Made by a program: the position numbers and the translations under genes. Of a stretch of 64,000 bases of DNA, positions 1 through 15,399 are shown piece by piece (position 1 is the stretch's first letter; every line of letters starts with the position of its first letter). Location of the stretch: positions 160,001 to 224,000 of the forward strand of contig CM000153.2 of NCBI GenBank assembly GCA_000004695.1, given 5' to 3'. The notes under the pieces are model-generated. The model was not told where the DNA came from. It worked only from the letters and a program-made list of their open reading frames with translations, and ran no database searches. The DNA is from Dictyostelium discoideum. Taxonomy: Eukaryota.

Positions 1-2
1 GT

Positions 3-521
3 TCAAAATTATCATTAATATCAAATGATTCAAATTTAGATGACAATTTCATTTTCAATTGGATTTGGAATCAATTAAATAACAATCAATTTAATAATGA
101 TTCAAATATTATTGAACCAATCTTAAAATGGATACAAGATTCATTATTAACTTCAAAGAAACAATTCATTAATTGTTTATCAAAGAATCTCTCATTAAAT
201 GGTGCTGCTGGTGAAGTCAAATTATTCAATCAATTATTAATTAAAGTTTGTCAAATAGATATTAAACTTTTAAATCATCAAGATTACCATCTCGAGACGA
301 TTCAATTATTGCAATGTAAGAGATTAATTTGTAATATTATGATCTTATTAGCTCCACAACCACAAATAATGAATATCATTCAAAAGAAATATGATCAACA
401 TCATTTCTATCAATTGTTGAGTGAAATTCAATCACCAAATAATCAAAAAATTGAAGATTTGAAATTATACAAAAACCATGTCAATAATGTTATCCAATAT
501 TTAAAAGATTTATTTTTTTAA
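3..521 (+). CDS. 3' end of a gene that starts upstream of the window (C-terminal about 172 aa, ending ...KNHVNNVIQYLKDLFF*)
   Basis: The frame is open from nt 3 to a TAA at 519-521 with non-low-complexity composition. The listed ORF 309..521 is only its Met-initiated tail. I recognise no domain. Confidence 0.45.
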   Translation, partial: SKLSLISNDSNLDDNFIFNWIWNQLNNNQFNNDSNIIEPILKWIQDSLLTSKKQFINCLSKNLSLNGAAGEVKLFNQLLIKVCQIDIKLLNHQDYHLETIQLLQCKRLICNIMILLAPQPQIMNIIQKKYDQHHFYQLLSEIQSPNNQKIEDLKLYKNHVNNVIQYLKDLFF

Positions 522-758
522 ATAAATAAATAATTAAATAATTAAATAAATAATTAAATAAATAAAATTAAATAAACGTAACCTTAATTTTCTTTTTGAA
601 AAAAAAATATATAAATATATGTATCCCATTAACTCTAAATTTATACTTATATAAATGTTACAACTCTATTTTAATGGTTGTTTGTTTTTTTTTTTATTAT
701 TTACAATTATTATTTATTTTTTTAGGCTTTATAATATATGAAAACTTTTTTTTTTTTT

Positions 759-1341
759 TTAACCCCACGCCATTTGAAGGGAATAATTGATAATTAATTG
801 ATCATTATGACTAAAACATTTATATAATTCACCTAAAATTTCATCTGGGCTTGGTTGAAAAACTTGATTTATAAATAAAAACTAAAAAAGATTATATATA
901 TACGAATGAATTAGTATATGTATACATATTATATATATATACTAATAACCTGAATATTATATCATTTGGGGGTGTGATTTACTTACTAATGATTCATTTG
1001 ATTTTAATTTTAATTGCCCTCTTAATTTATCTATAACATTTTGAAATGAAACATTTGCCTGTATTTTAAATTTCTTTTGTTTTAATGGTTGTGCACCACC
1101 TGCATTCTTAAAATATACTATAACTGTTGTCAAAGAAAAATAAAAAAAAAATAATAAAAAATAAAAAAAAAAAAGAATTAGCACCAGCATTTCAATTATG
1201 CTAACTATTTTTTTAATGAATCTTACTTTTACTTTCGGATGTAATTTTAACTGGTAATTGAGGTTGCTGCTCTGTTGTTGATTCTGTATTTTGTTCTGTA
1301 GGTGATGCTACTTCATTATTATTTTTTTCTTCTTCCTCCAT
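759..1341 (-). CDS. atg12: Autophagy-related protein 12 (ubiquitin-like). Three exons: complement(1227..1341), complement(987..1123) and complement(759..881)
   Basis: Spliced product: MEEEEKNNNEVASPTEQ...SESK / IIVYFKNAGGAQPLKQKKFKIQANVSFQNVIDKLRGQLKLKSNESL / FLFINQVFQPSPDEILGELYKCFSHNDQLIINYSLQMAWG*. The C-terminal ...YxxSxAWG with a terminal Gly and the KxxxxxxxGGAPxLKQKKFKI block are the Atg12 signature. Donors are gtaaga at 1221-1226 and gtaagt at 981-986, with acceptors in AT-rich context. The exon-2 acceptor could instead lie 6 nt downstream (exon 987..1117), which is also in frame. Confidence 0.8.
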
Positions 1342-1721
1342 TCTCTATAAATGTATGTATTTGTTATAGTATGTATGTATTTATTCAATATGATTTTTTT
1401 TTTATGAAAAAATAAAAAAAAAAAATTTAATCTCACAAAAACAAAAAAAAAAAAATAAAAAAATAAAAAAAAAAAAATAAAAAAAAAAAAAAAATAAAAA
1501 TTAAAAAATCAAAAATGGACTGAATATTTAAGAATGAGTTTATAAATATCTTTTTTTTAATTCCTTACTTGAAATAATAGAAAATATTCAATTTTAATGT
1601 TTTTGAGTGATCACTTTTTTAAAATTAAAAAAAAAAAAAAAAGATTTCTATGGTTTTCCAATTAAATTGTAAATTTTTTTATTTACATAAATTCTTTTTT
1701 TTTCTTTTTTTTCTTTTTTTT

Positions 1722-3598
<1,877 letters not shown>

Positions 3599-4285
3599 GT
3601 AAATATTTAATGTGGTGGGTTGGTGGTGGGTGTCGTTTTGAAATTAGAGAAAAATAAAAATAAAAATAAAAAAATTAAAAAAAAATTAAAAATTTGAAAA
3701 AAAAAAAATTAAATTATATAATTTCTTGTTTGGTAAATGACAAAATGGGAATATTTGTTGATTTTTGGCAGTGGTGGTGTGATGACAGAAAAAAATAAAA
3801 AATTAAAAAAAAAAAAAAATAAAAAATTAAAAAATAAAATTTTTTGATAATAAAAAAAATAAAAAAAAAAAAAAAAAAAATTATTACTGGTTATTGGATT
3901 TTTGCATTTTCCCAATTGTGGCGCCTTTACAAATTTAAGGAAATATTTTTTTTATTTTAATTATCTGTTTTTTAAAAATTCATCATCATCATAATCAAAT
4001 TATAACATAATAATATAATAATAACAAATATAATAAAATATAAAAAAAAAAAAAAAAAAATTAAAAATAATTTATTCGTTCATTGCTTTTTTTTTTATAT
4101 TTTACTTTTTTTTATAATTTTTTCAATTTTTTTAATTTTTTTAAGAAAATGGGAAATTTATTTTCTTGTCAACATCCAGTCAGTAGTTTGTCATTAATTT
4201 CAAATAAAAAAAAGTTTTAGTATAAAAAGAAAAAAAAAAAAAAAAAAAATTAAAAAAAACTTTAAAAATTTAATAATAATAAAAC

Positions 4286-6961
<2,676 letters not shown>

Positions 6962-7135
6962 AATATGAAAATAATAAAAACAAAGCAAAAAAAAAACAAA
7001 AAAAAAGAATTTGTTTTATTAAAAAATTTAATTTCCATGGACCAACCTTTGTTAATTGTCCTTTTGTTGGTGATTATTCTTTTAATTTATTAACTCTTTA
7101 TTATTATTATTATTTACAATTTTATATTTATAGGT

Positions 7136-7543
7136 TTATTGAGTGTTCTCACGATCAACTTTAAAAGGTTGTTCTAATGTTGATAAAACTTGATTATAAT
7201 TATTTATGTCAATATCTTGTTGATGTTCAATATCAATTTTTGATTTTTCATTATTTAATGTTTCTTTTGATACTCTAATTGGTAAATTTGATGCAGTTTT
7301 AAAACCTGTGCTTTCTTTATTATCGAATTTATTTACTTTAAAGTTGTTGTTGTTGTTATTGTAATTTGATTGTATTGGTTCTGTATCAATGTTTTCATTA
7401 TCATTTCTACCTCTTTTAGTTGGTGGTGTTTTTTCAACTGATGATATTATTCCTTTAGCTTTCTCAATTGATTCTTCTGTAACTGTAATTGGTTCACCTT
7501 TACCACTTGTAAAATTTGTATTTTGGTTGTGACTTTCGCTCAT
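7136..7543 (-). CDS. Hypothetical small hydrophilic protein (135 aa)
   Basis: ORF MSESHNQNTNFTSGKGEPITVTEESIEKAK...VDRENTQ, charged and low in hydrophobicity, with no recognisable domain. The only support is ORF length and non-repetitive composition. Confidence 0.4.
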   Translation of the reverse strand: MSESHNQNTNFTSGKGEPITVTEESIEKAKGIISSVEKTPPTKRGRNDNENIDTEPIQSNYNNNNNNFKVNKFDNKESTGFKTASNLPIRVSKETLNNEKSKIDIEHQQDIDINNYNQVLSTLEQPFKVDRENTQ

Positions 7544-7773
7544 TTTTTGAAATTAATAACATATGTATTATTTTTTTTTGATTTTTTTTTTGATTTTTTT
7601 GATTTTTTTTTTTTTTTTTTTTTAAGCAATTACAAGAAAATGATTAAATTTTTGGAAAAAAAAAATAAATAAATCAAAAACGCTGTTGGATTTAATCACA
7701 AAAAATATTTTAAAAAGTTATTATTTAATTTTTATTTTTTTTATTTGTTTTTATTTTTTTTTTATTTATAATT

Positions 7774-9139
7774 TTATAAAATTAAAATAACAGAAATTAA
7801 AGAAGATAAAATCAAAACAAAGAATGGAGCGAGATAAGATGAAGTACCTGGTTGTGAAGTTTCGGTTGGAGTTGGAGTTGTTGATGGAGTTGGTGATGGT
7901 TCAATTGTTGATTCACCAGTGTAAGTACCATTTGAACAGATAACTTCGTATTTCCAATTAGATGGAACTTGATTTAAAGTTGTAGCAGCTTTTGGAATTA
8001 AAGCAACAACACCTTGAGCAACACGATCACCACCAACATAAGTGTTACCATCATCTCTAGCGGCATGAACAGCGAAACCTCTGCCAACTAAACCAGAGAA
8101 TGAAAAGTAACTAGTTGAGAGATAATAATAGGCATTTTTGAAATCGTTATCAAAGATGCAAAGATTACCTAAATCACCGAAATGTCTTGATGTATTCTCT
8201 GGGAAAGCATGGACTTGTGCGCCTGATAACCAGTGACCACCAATTGAAGCACCATCAACAGTGGTTAAATCACCAAATGCATGAATATGGAAACCATGTA
8301 CACTTTTAGCAACACCACTTACAATACCATTTACTGAAACTGAATTTGATGAAGATCTAAACAAGACGGAACCTCCAATAGCGGCAGATGGAGATTTGGT
8401 GGTATTTGCCAACAAAACCATTGCGTCATATTGAGTATTTGATAAGCTTGAGTAGGCACCAGCAGTATTTGCATTGCCAGTGGTTGTATTAACACCATTG
8501 GTGGCTGGCACATTTGCTGAATTACCAATACCAATAATACATGATGCAACAACGGTTGTCAATGGACCAACTGATGTTCCAACTGATGATTTCAATAAAT
8601 CACATGAATATGACTCTTGGAAAATTGCAATCGATCTTCCAATGATCGAATTTGGTGAGTCAACAATTGATACTGATGTCAAACTATCGAAATTGCTGCT
8701 AATTCTATTATCATTAACATAGAGATTATATAAATCACCTGCTCTGGAACCTCCTGATTGACATTGCTCTGTACCTTTTCCATCAACTTGGAAAACACCA
8801 CCTAAATCAGTATTATTTGATGGATTATAACCATATGTCATAATTGCAGTTGCATATGAACCAGTTGGTAAATTAATTGAACTTATATTATAAACTAAAT
8901 TAAGGGCACCCTTTTTAATAATAATAATAATATTAATAATTAATAAATTTACTTTTTTTTTTTTTTTTTTTATAAATTAAATATTTACTTACATCTTGTG
9001 CAGTTAATGTAACATAACCTGTAATATTTTGATTTACAGTACCAACAGAACCAAATTTACAATAACCATATTGGTAATCTGCTGAAATGATAGAGATTGC
9101 TGATAAAACAATTAATAAAGAGATAATTAATTTATTCAT
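7774..9139 (-). CDS. Extracellular GPI-anchored protein with two tandem Cu/Zn superoxide dismutase domains. Two exons: complement(8993..9139) and complement(7774..8910)
   Basis: Exon 1 gives a signal peptide, MNKLIISLLIVLSAISIISA, plus the start of SOD domain 1 and ends AQD|gtaagt. The acceptor aaaaag|GGTGCC at 8911-8912 keeps the frame, and the intron is 82 nt. Domain 2 keeps the metal-ligand motifs HGFHIHAFGD, RHFGDLGN and GRGFAVHAARDDG...GGDRVAQGVV. Domain 1 is SOD-like (AGDLYNL...IAIFQES...ASCIIGIG) but has lost most His ligands. The C-terminus is S/T/P-rich then hydrophobic (...SSYLAPFFVLILSSLISVILIL), a GPI-anchor signal. It may correspond to the dictyostelid membrane SOD sodC, but I am not sure enough to assign the name. 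Confidence 0.8.
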
Positions 9140-9489
9140 TTTTTTTTTGTTTTTTTAAAAAATTAGATTCTAAAAATAAAAATAAAAATAAAAAAAAAAA
9201 AAAAAAAAAAAGGTATCCACATTTTTGATTTTTATAAAATCATTAAAAAAATTAAAAAAAATAAATTAAAAAAAAAAAAAAAAATAGAAGTTACAAAAAA
9301 AAAAAAAATATCTTTTCCAGTTTTTTTAAACATTTTTTTCAATTTTTTTTTTTTTCAAAATGTAAAAACCATGATTATTTGAAAAAAAAAAAAAAATTTT
9401 AAAAAAATTAAAGAAATCGACGGATCTTTTGAAAAATCAAAATGTTTTTTTATGATTAATTTTCATATATTCATTGAAATTAATTAATA

Positions 9490-9526
<37 letters not shown>

Positions 9527-9532
9527 CAATAA

Positions 9533-9566
<34 letters not shown>

Positions 9567-10064
9567 TTAATTTTATAAAAAATCTCGGTAGGAAATTAGC
9601 TTTTTTTGGATTAGCTCAGGAAAAAATGATTTATTATTATAAAAATAATAGAAAAAAAAATAAATAATAAAAAAGAATAATTGATAATTTTATTATTTTT
9701 ATAATAAAGATTTTATTCCTTGAAAATTTATTAAAAAAAAAAAAAAAAAAAGGAAAAAAAGGAAAAAATTATTTTCAGTTACAGTTACTTGTTTCATTAT
9801 GGCTAATAATTTTTTTATTTTTTTTTTTTTATTTAAATTTATTAAATTCTTATTAGAATTATTTAGTAATTCTTTAAAATATGAATTTTATTGTTTTCTT
9901 TTTTTGGATACACATTTTTATTTGTTTTTTTATTTTTTTTTTTTTTCATTTATAAAAATGTTTATTAATACATGATAGTGGAAAAAGATTTGGTTTGATC
10001 TTTTTTTTTTTTTTTTTATTTCATTTTTCTATATTTTATAGATGTTTTTTTTTTTTTTTTTTTT

Positions 10065-10742
10065 TTAACTTTGTTGACCCTTATAACCAAATTTAAGTCT
10101 ATTTTCATAAAATTCAATTAATTGTAATGGTTCTTTATGTTTAAGGATTTCATTTAATACCCAAGATAATTTTTCTTGACCTCTCCATTTAACAAAGAAA
10201 AATAGTGTATTATCTTGACCAAAGGGTTTACAACCTATAATCTCCTCAACACAATGACCATTTTCAAAACCAATACCTTCAATATAGGGTACACCAAATT
10301 TTATATATTCATTTTTTATATATTCTTCATCATCAATTAAATGATTTGTTTTTTGCTGTGTTGATGTATTTGTTGTTGTTGATGTTGCTGCTTTTGTTGT
10401 TTTTGTTGATGATGATGATGATGAAGGTTTGGTGGTTGGTGGTGGTGATGATGATTCTACTGCAGTTTGATCATCATTAACTATAACATTTTTTCTTTTT
10501 CTACTTTTTTTTTTTTCTTGTTCTCTTGAACTTTCAAATTCTTTAACAAGTTCTGGACAACCTGCAACATTATCTTCATCTTCCCATGTATCATAATCTG
10601 CTGTGAATCCTTTCCATCTTATACTATATTGAATCCTTCCATGCTGAACCCTTTTATCTAAAATTTTTTCAACTTCAAAAACATCTCCTGCTTCCTCTGG
10701 TTCTTCTGGTTCTTCTATTATTCTCTTATCTCTTTTTCCCAT
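10065..10742 (-). CDS. Heterochromatin protein 1 (HP1)-like chromodomain plus chromo-shadow domain protein, 225 aa
   Basis: The N-terminal chromodomain is FEVEKILDKRVQHGRIQYSIRWKGFTADYDTWEDEDNV..CPELVKEFE. An acidic S/T hinge follows. The C-terminal chromo-shadow domain is GFENGHCVEEIIGCKPFGQDNTLFFFVKWRGQEKLSWVLNEILKHKEPLQLIEFYENRLKF. It is single-exon. It may be one of the dictyostelid hcp genes, but I have not assigned a name. Confidence 0.85.
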   Translation of the reverse strand: MGKRDKRIIEEPEEPEEAGDVFEVEKILDKRVQHGRIQYSIRWKGFTADYDTWEDEDNVAGCPELVKEFESSREQEKKKSRKRKNVIVNDDQTAVESSSPPPTTKPSSSSSSTKTTKAATSTTTNTSTQQKTNHLIDDEEYIKNEYIKFGVPYIEGIGFENGHCVEEIIGCKPFGQDNTLFFFVKWRGQEKLSWVLNEILKHKEPLQLIEFYENRLKFGYKGQQS

Positions 10743-11341
10743 TTTTTTACAATTTTATCCGTTATTTGAAATAATTAAAAAAATAAAAAAAAAAATAAAA
10801 AAATGAATTCAAAATTTCAAAAAAAAAAAATAAAAAAAATTAAAAAAAATAAATTTTTTTTTATATTGGCTATGAAGATGAAAAAATTAAAAAAAAAAAA
10901 AAAAAAAGAAAATAAAATTAAAATTAAATGTGTGTTTGTACAAACTCTCAAAGAGTTATATATATATAAAGGAATTCTAAAAATGTTTGAAAAAATAAAA
11001 AATTAAAACTGTAAAAAATTTATGCCTATTTTTATTTTCAAACCCAAAAACACAATTCCCGCTTTTTTTTTTTTTTTTTTTTTTTTCAAAAATAAAAATA
11101 TTATGACAACATTTCTTAAAATGGCAGAATGCAACTTTTCAACCAATTTATGTTATTAGAGTTTTAGACAATTTATCTCCAAAATTGCTTTTTTATTTTT
11201 TATTTTATTTATTTTTTTTTGGGTTAAGTTATTAAATTTTTTTTTTTTTTTGCAGGTTTATGACATATCACCAATAGAGTCAATTTCTTTATTTTGTTTA
11301 TTTTTTATTTTTTATTATATTTAAAACTCTAGATCTTATAG

Positions 11342-11373
<32 letters not shown>

Positions 11374-11884
11374 ATTCTTTTTAAAATTAAATTTCATAAA
11401 TAAACTTTCACAATGTCCAAAATAAAAAATATACATCGGGAATGAATATGGATATTAAAATTATTTTTTATTATTTTGTTTATATTTTTTAATTGTTTTT
11501 TTTCAGTAAGCACATAAATATTATTTAAGTTCAAATGAAATTGATTTTACAAATAATATGGATGGTTTAACATGTTTGGCGAATTCATTTATTAGTGAAA
11601 CATCAGGAGTATTAAATTTTCAATTAGGTTCATCATTATATAATTATGAAGTTAAAATTGAAGAAATTGAATTTTTTATTTCTCCATCACCATCTCCATC
11701 TCCATCCTCAACCCCATCCTCAACCCCTTCATTAACCCCATCGTTACCTCCAACTTTACCTCCAACTTTACCTCCAACATTACCTCCAACACAACCTCCA
11801 TCATTACCTCCATCTTCCTCATCTTCCTCATCACCCTCATCACCCTCATCACCCTCATCATTATCAAAAAGTGATAGAAATAAA

Positions 11885-14319
11885 TCAATCAATCAAAGTT
11901 TCATTTGGAAATAAACTGCATTGTAAATTACATTCAAGAGGTATAATATTATTATTTGAAGATCTTGTTAAACTTGCATTTTTAAAATCTTTTAAACTCA
12001 TTCCACCAATCTTTATTGAAATACCATTGTAAATATTATTTCTAACCATTGGAACAACTGTAATAATTGGTTCTAAATATTTAATAATAAAATTTGATAT
12101 TTTTAAATCTTTACCAATAAATACAGTTACATTGAGTGAACTCTCTTTACTGTTTGCTCTAACTATTAATACCCTTTCTTCTTGTTTGAATATTGTTGTA
12201 TTTTGATTATTTGCAAATACATTAACTTTGAATTCATCAGTCGTATTGAAATTTTTACCTGAAATTGTGATAAGACCTCCACAACTTAATGTTTTACTAT
12301 CTTTATTTATTATACCAAAAATAATAGGTGGTAATATTAAATAAAATGATGATTGCATTTTAAGGGCATTGACAGTAATATCAATTGGACCACTTTCATA
12401 TATATCTGCTCTAACAAGTGTAATTTGGTTATCTGTTAGTGATATAATATTTGATTTGATTTCTTCACCATTTAAATAAACTTTAATTAATGATATTGTA
12501 TTACCAAAATTATTACCATGAATTGTAATTAAATTACTATAACCTACTCTAGAGAATGAACATGATTTTACATTTGGTGGTTCATATGTAAAATATAATT
12601 GATCAAATACTTTAAAATTATATTTAAATGTAAATCTTTTATTCATACCAGTACCAAATGGTGTTGGACATATGGTTCGATAGTATCCTGATGTTGACAA
12701 TTGTAATGATGGTATTGAACATTCTTTAGCTGGTTCCTTACCGACTACCATAGTTGGTTTCATATCTAATGAATGAATTGGACACCTGACGTAATATAAT
12801 TCCATAACTATCGTCCCATTTGATACTGATGATGTTCCATTGATAACTTTAACTGATAATGATGCTGGAATTGAAATTGGATTAATCGAAATATCAGCAC
12901 GAGTGAAAATAATATTAAATGATGCACATTTTAAAAGTGGTATTTTAAATGTTACAGTCTTTTCATCAGGTGTTACATTAAATTGGGTAATATTAATTTT
13001 AGTTCCATCAGCAACATTTAATTGAATAGATGATTCTTTTGAACCAAGATTTGAGCCAGCCAATGTTACAATACCATTTAAATATGACCCACTTGAAATT
13101 TTGGGAATATTGTATGAAAATGTTACAGGACTAGAACTTGTTGAATTACAACCACCAAAATTAATATTAACAGGTAAATTTTTACCACCAGATTCATTGG
13201 AACTTAATTTACATTCTAATTCAGTTGATGTTGTTGATTTAATAAATTCACATTGTTGATCACCTATTGTAATTATTGGGATTAATGAAGTTGAAGATAG
13301 TTTTGAACCTTTAATTGTAACAATACCACCAATTAGATTTGATACTGATGATATTGATGTTATTATTGCTGGGAAACAATGGATAAATTTCTTTTCACTT
13401 GAAATTTCATCTACAGTAATATTTACAGACATTGGACCAACTTCAACTCTATTATAGTCATTTACCTCAATTCGTACATGTCTTTCTGTAATATTAAAAT
13501 TATTTTGTATAACACCATCGAAATAAACTTGAACTAATTTTTAATATAAAAGTTTTTACCATTAATTGTTATTATTTGTTTTGATGGATCTGAAATGATA
13601 CTTGATATTATTGGTGATGCATAAGAAAAAGGAAAATCTGCGGATAATCTGTTAAATCTAAAAGTAAATTTCCCAGAACCTATGTTAGCATAAACTGTAA
13701 TATTGTTACAGTTAGAGGAAGGATTAGACATATCAGTTCTAATATTAAAACCTTTTCCTGCACTTGTAAGAATATATTTATTTTCTTCATTGAAATATAA
13801 TAACTTTCCACTAATAAGAAATTCACCTCCATCTGTTGATGGATGTTTACTATACTTGACGCCAAGTGGTTTTGGAACACCATTTGATAAATGCAAACTA
13901 AAAGTGCAATCTTCTGTTGGATTTGAAACATCTCGTGCACAACCTTTATTACTTAAAGTGCCCCATAATCTTGTTAATGGTTCATCGGAATGGAAAACAC
14001 AATATCGGTATGTATCATCAACTTGGCTACAATTAAAATAATTTGGAGCCATATCAGTTCTTGGAACCATTAAATCATTATACATAATCAAGCTAGTAAA
14101 ATATGATTTATCTTTATTATAAACGTAAGTCAATGTATCATTTGCAAACCTAATGTCTAAAATTAAAAAATTTGAAAATTAATAATATATATTAAAAGTT
14201 AACTTTTTTAAATTATTACGAAACCAATAAATACCCAATACTTCTGGTGGACGCACAGAAAAAGTCTTTCCATAAAATGATATCGAAATGATCAAAAATA
14301 AAATTAATTTACTTTTCAT
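11885..14319 (-). CDS. Secreted multi-IPT/TIG-repeat protein, intact copy A of a tandem family, about 775 aa. Proposed structure: complement(14235..14319) signal peptide; complement(13560..14156) N-domain; complement(11885..13527) IPT repeats
   Basis: Exon 1 is [28 protein letters not shown] with donor G|gtattt. Exon 2 follows acceptor ttttag (14157-14162) and encodes ...[40 protein letters not shown]...[19 protein letters not shown]. The 515-aa ORF 11885..13432 then carries about five IPT/TIG-like repeats with the GG.VTI.G.N..., Cx.....C pattern and ends ...[11 protein letters not shown]. The IPT domain that begins [23 protein letters not shown] is split from its continuation [22 protein letters not shown] by TAG plus a frame shift. 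The two parts join in frame if 13528..13559 (gtaaaaac...ttcaag, 32 nt) is removed as an intron. The paralog shows the same interruption. I see no TM segment downstream, so it is secreted or has an undetected 3' exon. It resembles the dictyostelid Tgr-type IPT/TIG adhesion family, but I cannot assign a member. Confidence 0.6.
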
Positions 14320-14439
14320 TTGCTAATTAATAACAATCAAAAAATTAAAAAAAAAAAAAAAAAAAAAAAAATAAATAAATAAATAATCAAAAAAAAAAAA
14401 AAATTATAAATAGAATATAAAAATTAATTCTAAAAATAG

Positions 14440-14600
14440 AAGCCATAATCTGGTTTTTAAATACATTTGACCTGTGTTTGTGATTGTCAAATTTTTTTTT
14501 TGAAAGGGCTTTCTTAAAAACTTACACATTGCAATTTAAAAGGAAGTGCTATACATATTTAATCTCGAGATTTTCAATTTAAATATTCTTTCTCTATTAT
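14440..14600 (-). promoter_or_regulatory. Conserved upstream block of the IPT/TIG gene family (copy A promoter)
   Basis: The roughly 150-bp block upstream of the copy A ATG (including ...tttaaaaggaagtgctatacatatttaatctcgagattttcaatttaaat) recurs with few changes upstream of copy B (16640-16810). A shortened version sits upstream of the gene fragment (15120-15180). GC-containing islands in pure-AT spacer, conserved between paralogs, suggest shared promoter elements. Confidence 0.4.
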
Positions 14601-14699
14601 TGTTAATTATTCTCTTTTATTTTTTTTTTTTCTAATTAATTTTTTTTTTTTTTTTTTAGTGCAATAGTTATATTTAATTATAATTTTTAAATATCTAAA

Positions 14700-14978
14700 A
14701 AAATTGTTAACCATAACCTTTAATTGTGGCAATACCACCAATTAGATTTGATATTGATGATATTGATGTTATTATTGTTTGGAAACAATTGACAAAATGC
14801 TTTTTAATTGAAAGTTCATTTACAGTATTATTTACTGACATTGGACAAACCTCAACTCTATTAAATTAAAAAATTAAGAAACCAATAAATACCCAATACT
14901 TCTGGTCTGACCACAGAAAAAGCCCTTCCATAAAATGATACCAAAATGATCAAAAATAAAATTAATTCACTTTTCATT
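14700..14978 (-). pseudogene. Rearranged fragment of the IPT/TIG family gene: an IPT-repeat piece fused directly to a signal-peptide exon
   Basis: 14700-14860 matches 13300-13460 of copy A (…[23 protein letters not shown].../MSVNITVDE...) in minus orientation. It is joined directly to a copy of the signal-peptide exon at 14894-14978 (MKSELILFLIILVSFYGRAFSVVRPEVLG...). The approximately 1.2 kb N-domain in between is missing, and the reading frame is not maintained. Confidence 0.55.
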
Positions 14979-14994
14979 TGTTTATTAATTAAAG

Positions 14995-15040
<46 letters not shown>

Positions 15041-15399
15041 ATAACCCAAAAAAAAATAAAATAAATGGTAAAAAAAAATTATTAATGAATCTAAAAATAA
15101 ATTCTAAAAATAGAACCTATAAATCTGGTTAAAAAACATTTAACCTGTGCTTGATTGTGTCAATTTTTTTTTTTGATAACCATGTATATAGGTTTTAGTT
15201 TTATGTTTTTTTTAAACTGTGTGGTTATAGTTTCGAAATTATTATTTTATATATATATTATTATTTTATTTTATTATATTTTATTTTTAACATATCAGAT
15301 ATTTTAATTAGTTTTTTTTTCAGTAAAATTATTTAAAAAGAGTTTTTGGAGGGTAATTAATTTAAATTAAAGCAAAAAGAAGTAACTAAACCAATTGAA

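Noticed and set aside
8331-8722. ORFs 8331..8552 (-) and 8474..8722 (+) overlapping the SOD gene
   Set aside because: They are out-of-frame or antisense to a CDS with strong domain evidence.
9590-9625. ggattagctcagg, a 13-mer resembling the start of a tRNA (acceptor plus D-stem)
   Set aside because: It is followed by poly-A/T with no D-loop, anticodon arm or T-arm, so it is a chance match.
10803-11006. ORF 10803..11006 (+) and other short K/F-rich ORFs in spacers (596..790, 14861..15049, 27454..27663, 32128..32343, 56407..56619, 63519..63701)
   Set aside because: They are homopolymer-derived and lie in pure-A/T intergenic DNA, with no codon periodicity.
13534-14133. Treating ORF 13534..14133 and ORF 11885..13432 as two independent genes
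   Set aside because: A single IPT domain spans their junction, and the second ORF has no signal peptide of its own. The same split occurs in the paralog. So I model one gene with a micro-intron, a pseudogenising lesion or readthrough.
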